Source: an uncultured bacterium
GTDB lineage: Bacteria; Lernaellota; Lernaellaia; Lernaellales; Lernaellaceae
Direction of reading: 5' to 3'
Assembly (NCBI GenBank): GCA_964534375.1
Contig: CAZHPN010000001.1
Span: 1-20,505 of the forward strand
Length of the DNA stretch: 20,505 nucleotides
Below are positions 15,014 to 20,505 of this stretch, in pieces. Under the pieces are notes generated by a model that saw only the letters and a program-made list of their open reading frames with translations, did not search any database and was not told where the DNA came from. The translations under genes and the position numbers were made by a program. Every line of letters starts with the position of its first letter. Position 1 is the stretch's first letter.

Positions 15014-16789
15014 ATGATCGGCGCGAGCGAACGGTTCCGGCGCGTTTTCGAGATCGCCTTTTTTTGCCTGCTGTTCGCCGTCGTCTTTTATTTCCGCCTG
15101 CCGAGTTTTTCCGACGCGATGTGCGACCCCGATCAGGGCGAGGTCGGCTACGCCGCCAAGCTGCTGCTGGCGGGCCATTGCCCGTACGGCGAGGCGATCC
15201 TCACCAAGCCGCCGAGCAGCCTGGTGATCTACGCGGCGCTGTTCGCCCTGTTCGGGCCGCACATGCTCGCCGTGCATCTGTTCGCGGCGCTCTGGGCCTT
15301 CGTCACGTGCGTGATGCTGTACGTCCTCGGCAAGCGGCATCTCAACACCTTCACCGGCGTCACGGCCGCGGGGCTGTACGCGTTTTATCAGGCGGAAATC
15401 CTCTCCGGCGGCCTGTGCGCGAACTACGAATACTGGTCGGTGTTGCCGGCGCTCGTCAGTCTGCACCTCGCGCGCAACGACAATGTCGAAGGGCGCGAAT
15501 GGCGCATGTTCGGCGTCGGCGTCGCCGCCGGGCTGAGCGCAATGGCCAAGCAAACGGCCGTGGTGTTTTTCGCGGCGGCGTTGGCGTTCATTGTCGTCAT
15601 CTGGTGGCGCTCCAACCGCCTGCGCGGGTTCTCGACGCTCGTCTCGTCGCTGGCGCTGGCCGTCGTCGGCTTTGTTTCGGCGATCGCCGTGTTTTTCCCG
15701 ATTTTCGTGGCGGTCAATTGCGTCGAGGCGACGGCGCACGAGCTCAATCCGCTGGTGCTCAAGAACTATCTCGGCGCAATCACGCGGCAGCAGCAGTGGG
15801 GGTTCTTCACCATCCAGATGTCGCGGTTGTGGCGGTCCGTCGCCTGCCTGGCGTGCCTGGTGTTCGTCAGCCTGGGCGCGGTGCTCGCGACGTACAAAAC
15901 CCGCAAGAACCTGAGCCTGTTCGGCGGCGCGTTGCTCTATGCCCTAGCCGGGGCCGCGTCCATTTTTTCCGGCGGCCGTTTCTACGGGCACTACTTTACC
16001 GTGATCTTTCCGTTCCTGTGCCTCGTGGTCGCGGTCGGGTTCGGCTCCGTGACGCGCAAGTGGCCGCGGAAATGGCGCTGGGCGCTGCTGGCGCCGTTGC
16101 TGCTGTGCGGCGCGGCCGATTCCTATGGCGAACTGCGGTTGGCGCACCTGTCGGCCGATTCCCTGCGACGCACGGGATCGGTCATGTCGCAGGAGATCTT
16201 TTCCGACAACCGCCACGGCGGCATCGAGTATTACACCGCCAACCAAATGATCAATCAGTTGGAGTGGGACGCCAGCTACCGGCAGATCGGCGAGATGGTC
16301 AAGGCGCAGTTGCAGCCCGGCGAGGCGATCTGGTGCTATGACTACACGCCCGAAATCTACTATCACGCCGACGCCTGGGCGCCGACGAAGCACAACGAGA
16401 ACTTCGACGTCGTGACGTCGTGCAGCGACCCGTGGTTCGGGTCGTGGCACGGGACGCTTGACCAGACGGTTCTTAACCATCGCGAACGGCTGATGCGCGA
16501 ACTCAGCGCCCGGCCGCCGACGTTCATTTTCCGCTACAAAATGCCCTGCCCCGGCGGCGTCTACGATTTCCGCCGACCGCAGAAAATCTGGCCGCTCAAC
16601 GCCAACGGCCAACCCATGGCCTTTTGCCCCTGCAAAATGGAGACGTTTCCCGAACTCCAATATTTCCTCGACGTACTCTATGACATCTTGCCGCCCGAGA
16701 CGAACGGCGCCATCGAGATTTATCGGCTGCGCGAGGGCGGCGCGGACAACCCGTTCTTCGAGGAATCCCGGTCGGCGACCAGGAAATAA
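15014..16789 (+). CDS. GT-C fold membrane glycosyltransferase (GT39/PMT_2, ArnT-like)
   Basis: About 10-12 hydrophobic helices. First-loop 'DPDQGEVGY...PY.....KPP', 'ANYEYW', 'AKQT', 'FYGHYF', then a soluble C-terminal domain. Confidence 0.8.
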   Translation: MIGASERFRRVFEIAFFCLLFAVVFYFRLPSFSDAMCDPDQGEVGYAAKLLLAGHCPYGEAILTKPPSSLVIYAALFALFGPHMLAVHLFAALWAFVTCVMLYVLGKRHLNTFTGVTAAGLYAFYQAEILSGGLCANYEYWSVLPALVSLHLARNDNVEGREWRMFGVGVAAGLSAMAKQTAVVFFAAALAFIVVIWWRSNRLRGFSTLVSSLALAVVGFVSAIAVFFPIFVAVNCVEATAHELNPLVLKNYLGAITRQQQWGFFTIQMSRLWRSVACLACLVFVSLGAVLATYKTRKNLSLFGGALLYALAGAASIFSGGRFYGHYFTVIFPFLCLVVAVGFGSVTRKWPRKWRWALLAPLLLCGAADSYGELRLAHLSADSLRRTGSVMSQEIFSDNRHGGIEYYTANQMINQLEWDASYRQIGEMVKAQLQPGEAIWCYDYTPEIYYHADAWAPTKHNENFDVVTSCSDPWFGSWHGTLDQTVLNHRERLMRELSARPPTFIFRYKMPCPGGVYDFRRPQKIWPLNANGQPMAFCPCKMETFPELQYFLDVLYDILPPETNGAIEIYRLREGGADNPFFEESRSATRK

Positions 16790-16957
16790 CGGGGCCGGCG
16801 GCGACCGGCGCGGCCGTTTCTTTCCGGTTCCCGGTCCCATTTTCTTGACGCTCGCGCTTTCGTGCCTACGTTAAAATCCTTGACAATTTCACGAGGCGGC
16901 GAACGCGCGGGGGCCGCCCGGGTTCGTTTTCACGGGCGATTCAGAAGGAGCATCATG

Positions 16958-17602
16958 ATGAAAGTAGGAATTCTCGGCACCGGCGACGTGGGGCACGCGC
17001 TGGGCAAGGCGTTTATCGCGCTGGGCCACGAAGTCAAAATGGGGGCGCGGAACGACGGCAACGAAAAGGCCGCCGCGTGGGCCAAGGCGGCCGGCGCCAA
17101 GGCCTCCGCCGGAACTTTCGCCGCGGCCGCCCGGTTCGGCGAAATCGTCGTGCTCGCCACGTTGGGGATGGCGAACGCGGGCGTGATCGAAACGGCCGGC
17201 CCGGCGAATTTCGCGGGCAAGATCGTCATCGACGCGACGAATCCGCTCGATTTTTCGAAAGGGTTTCCGCCGACGCTCGGCATCAGCGGCGCGGATTCCG
17301 GCGGCGAGCAGGTGCAGCGGCTGCTGCCCGCGGCGCACGTCGTCAAGGCGTTCAACACCGTGGGCAACGCGCTGATGTTCAAGCCGGCCTTCCCCGGCGG
17401 CCCGCCCGACATGTTCATCTGCGGCGCCGACGCCGGCGCGAAAAAGGTCGTGACCGAAATCCTCAAGACCTTCGGCTGGGGCGTCATCGACCTCGGCGGC
17501 ATCGAGAGCTCGCGCTATCTCGAGGCGATGTGCGCCGTGTGGGTCCTGCACGGCGCGGCGACCGGCTCGTGGAACCACGCGTTCAAGATGCTGCATAAAT
17601 AG
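16958..17602 (+). CDS. NADP-dependent oxidoreductase, COG2085 / F420-dependent NADP reductase family
   Basis: AGGAG RBS (16946-16950); alternative ATG at 16955. Motifs 'MKVGILGTGDVG', 'GKIVIDATNPL', 'SGGEQVQ', 'VVKAFNT', 'DLGGIESSRYLE'. Confidence 0.9.
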   Translation: MKVGILGTGDVGHALGKAFIALGHEVKMGARNDGNEKAAAWAKAAGAKASAGTFAAAARFGEIVVLATLGMANAGVIETAGPANFAGKIVIDATNPLDFSKGFPPTLGISGADSGGEQVQRLLPAAHVVKAFNTVGNALMFKPAFPGGPPDMFICGADAGAKKVVTEILKTFGWGVIDLGGIESSRYLEAMCAVWVLHGAATGSWNHAFKMLHK

Positions 17603-17628
17603 GACATCCGCCGAATATCATACGGGGG

Positions 17629-17680
17629 GGGGCGCAGCCAACAGCGCCCCTGCATCGGCGGGCGAACGCGAGGTTCGCCC

Positions 17681-17684
<4 letters not shown>
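17629..17684 (-). repeat. Two tandem GTAG-family REP-like hairpins
   Basis: Minus strand GTAG-GGGCGAAC-CTCGC-GTTCGCCC (17684-17660) and GCA-GGGGCGC-TGTTGGCT-GCGCCCC (17653-17629). Confidence 0.75.
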
Positions 17685-19735
<2,051 letters not shown>

Positions 19736-19759
19736 GTAATCCGCCGCGCCAGCGCCGGT

Positions 19760-20152
19760 TCAAACGGTCCGCACGGGAAGCCGGCGCAGTTTCTTGAATA
19801 AGTCAAAGTGCTTGTCCGCCGATAGCAACGCCAAATCGTGACGAAGGCAAAGCTGGGCGATCAACCCGTCCAACACCGGGATCTTACGCCCCCGGTGCTG
19901 CGCCAGCAGGTCGCCGGCCGCCTCCCAATCTTCGCGCGTCGCTTCCACATAGGGCAACGCGTCAAAAACGCGCCCGAGCGCAGCTCGCTCCATGGCGTCG
20001 AAGGCCCCGCGCAGCATTTCGGTCAACACCACGCCGCAGCAGACGACGGCGTCGGCGTCAATGGCGGCGCGCAACAGTTCGACCATCGCGCCCTCGCCGC
20101 GGCGGAAATACTCGATCCAGGCGGAGGTGTCCACCATGACCTTATTCGTCAT
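19760..20152 (-). CDS. vapC: VapC family PIN-domain toxin
   Basis: '[12 protein letters not shown]', 'VVLTEMLRG', 'LDGLIAQ', 'LLSADKHF'; overlaps the upstream antitoxin by 11 nt. Confidence 0.9.
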   Translation of the reverse strand: MTNKVMVDTSAWIEYFRRGEGAMVELLRAAIDADAVVCCGVVLTEMLRGAFDAMERAALGRVFDALPYVEATREDWEAAGDLLAQHRGRKIPVLDGLIAQLCLRHDLALLSADKHFDLFKKLRRLPVRTV

Positions 20153-20345
20153 TTTCCCATTCCCGCGCCTTGTCGATATCGGGCGCCAGTTTCAACTTGC
20201 CGCGCAACGACCGCAATTCTTCGATCCGTTTCAAGCGCACGTATTCTTCGAGGGCGCGATTTACCGCTTCGGTCTTGGTGCGGGCTTTCGCCAGCGCCAG
20301 CAGTTGGCTCATCACGCTTTCCCGAACGTCAATGGTGGTTCTCAT
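20142..20345 (-). CDS. vapB: VapB family (DUF2191-type, RHH) antitoxin, 67 aa
   Basis: 'MRTTIDV...[15 protein letters not shown]...LRGK'; GGAGG RBS upstream of ATG 20345; directly precedes the PIN toxin. Confidence 0.88.
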   Translation of the reverse strand: MRTTIDVRESVMSQLLALAKARTKTEAVNRALEEYVRLKRIEELRSLRGKLKLAPDIDKAREWENDE

Positions 20346-20374
20346 GCCGGCCTCCATCACCTTTTCTCAGATGA

Positions 20375-20403
20375 ATTATATGACGCGTTCTCGCATCAGG
20401 CAA
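20375..20403 (-). promoter_or_regulatory. vapBC promoter with palindromic operator in the spacer
   Basis: Minus strand TTGCCT (20403-20398), 17 nt, TATAAT (20380-20375). Imperfect palindrome TGACGCG-TTCT-CGCATCA at 20381-20398. Confidence 0.75.
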
Positions 20404-20505
20404 GGGCTACGTGCGATGATCGTCCGTCCCGGCGGCGGGCCGTGTCCTGTTCGCGGCCACTCCAATGTCCAGGGCGATCGCACGGTCGGCATTTGGGAGA
20501 AACCA

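Noticed and set aside
16958..17602. Evidence for F420 metabolism
   Set aside because: COG2085 members are widespread in organisms without F420, and no F420 genes are in the window.
20346..20505. LexA/SOS box upstream of vapBC-uvrB
   Set aside because: No match seen to CTGT-N8-ACAG, GAAC-N4-GTTC or GTTC-N7-GTTC. The palindrome present is better explained as a TA operator.

Overview
GC-rich bacterial window, mostly housekeeping genes: 3' end of an acyl-CoA dehydrogenase, serA-purA, a PAS/GAF histidine kinase coupled to an exported alpha/beta-hydrolase-fold protein, sppA, a RimI-like GNAT, a metallophosphoesterase, a GT-C glycosyltransferase, a COG2085 oxidoreductase and uvrB. Several accessory items are interspersed. 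The best candidate for an undescribed system is a self-contained, translationally coupled pair: an ABC-type (AAA_15/AAA_21, DUF3696-like) ATPase with a lower-GC central region plus a PIN-domain nuclease, resembling a PARIS/Septu-like defence module with a different effector. Also notable: a 110-nt near-perfect four-way-junction element (13548-13657), a hydrolase whose catalytic Ser is replaced by Gly, a 502-bp internally deleted ISKra4-type element with intact ends, a vapBC operon directly upstream of uvrB, and several families of short intergenic repeats. All family assignments come from motif recognition by eye; no database searches were run.
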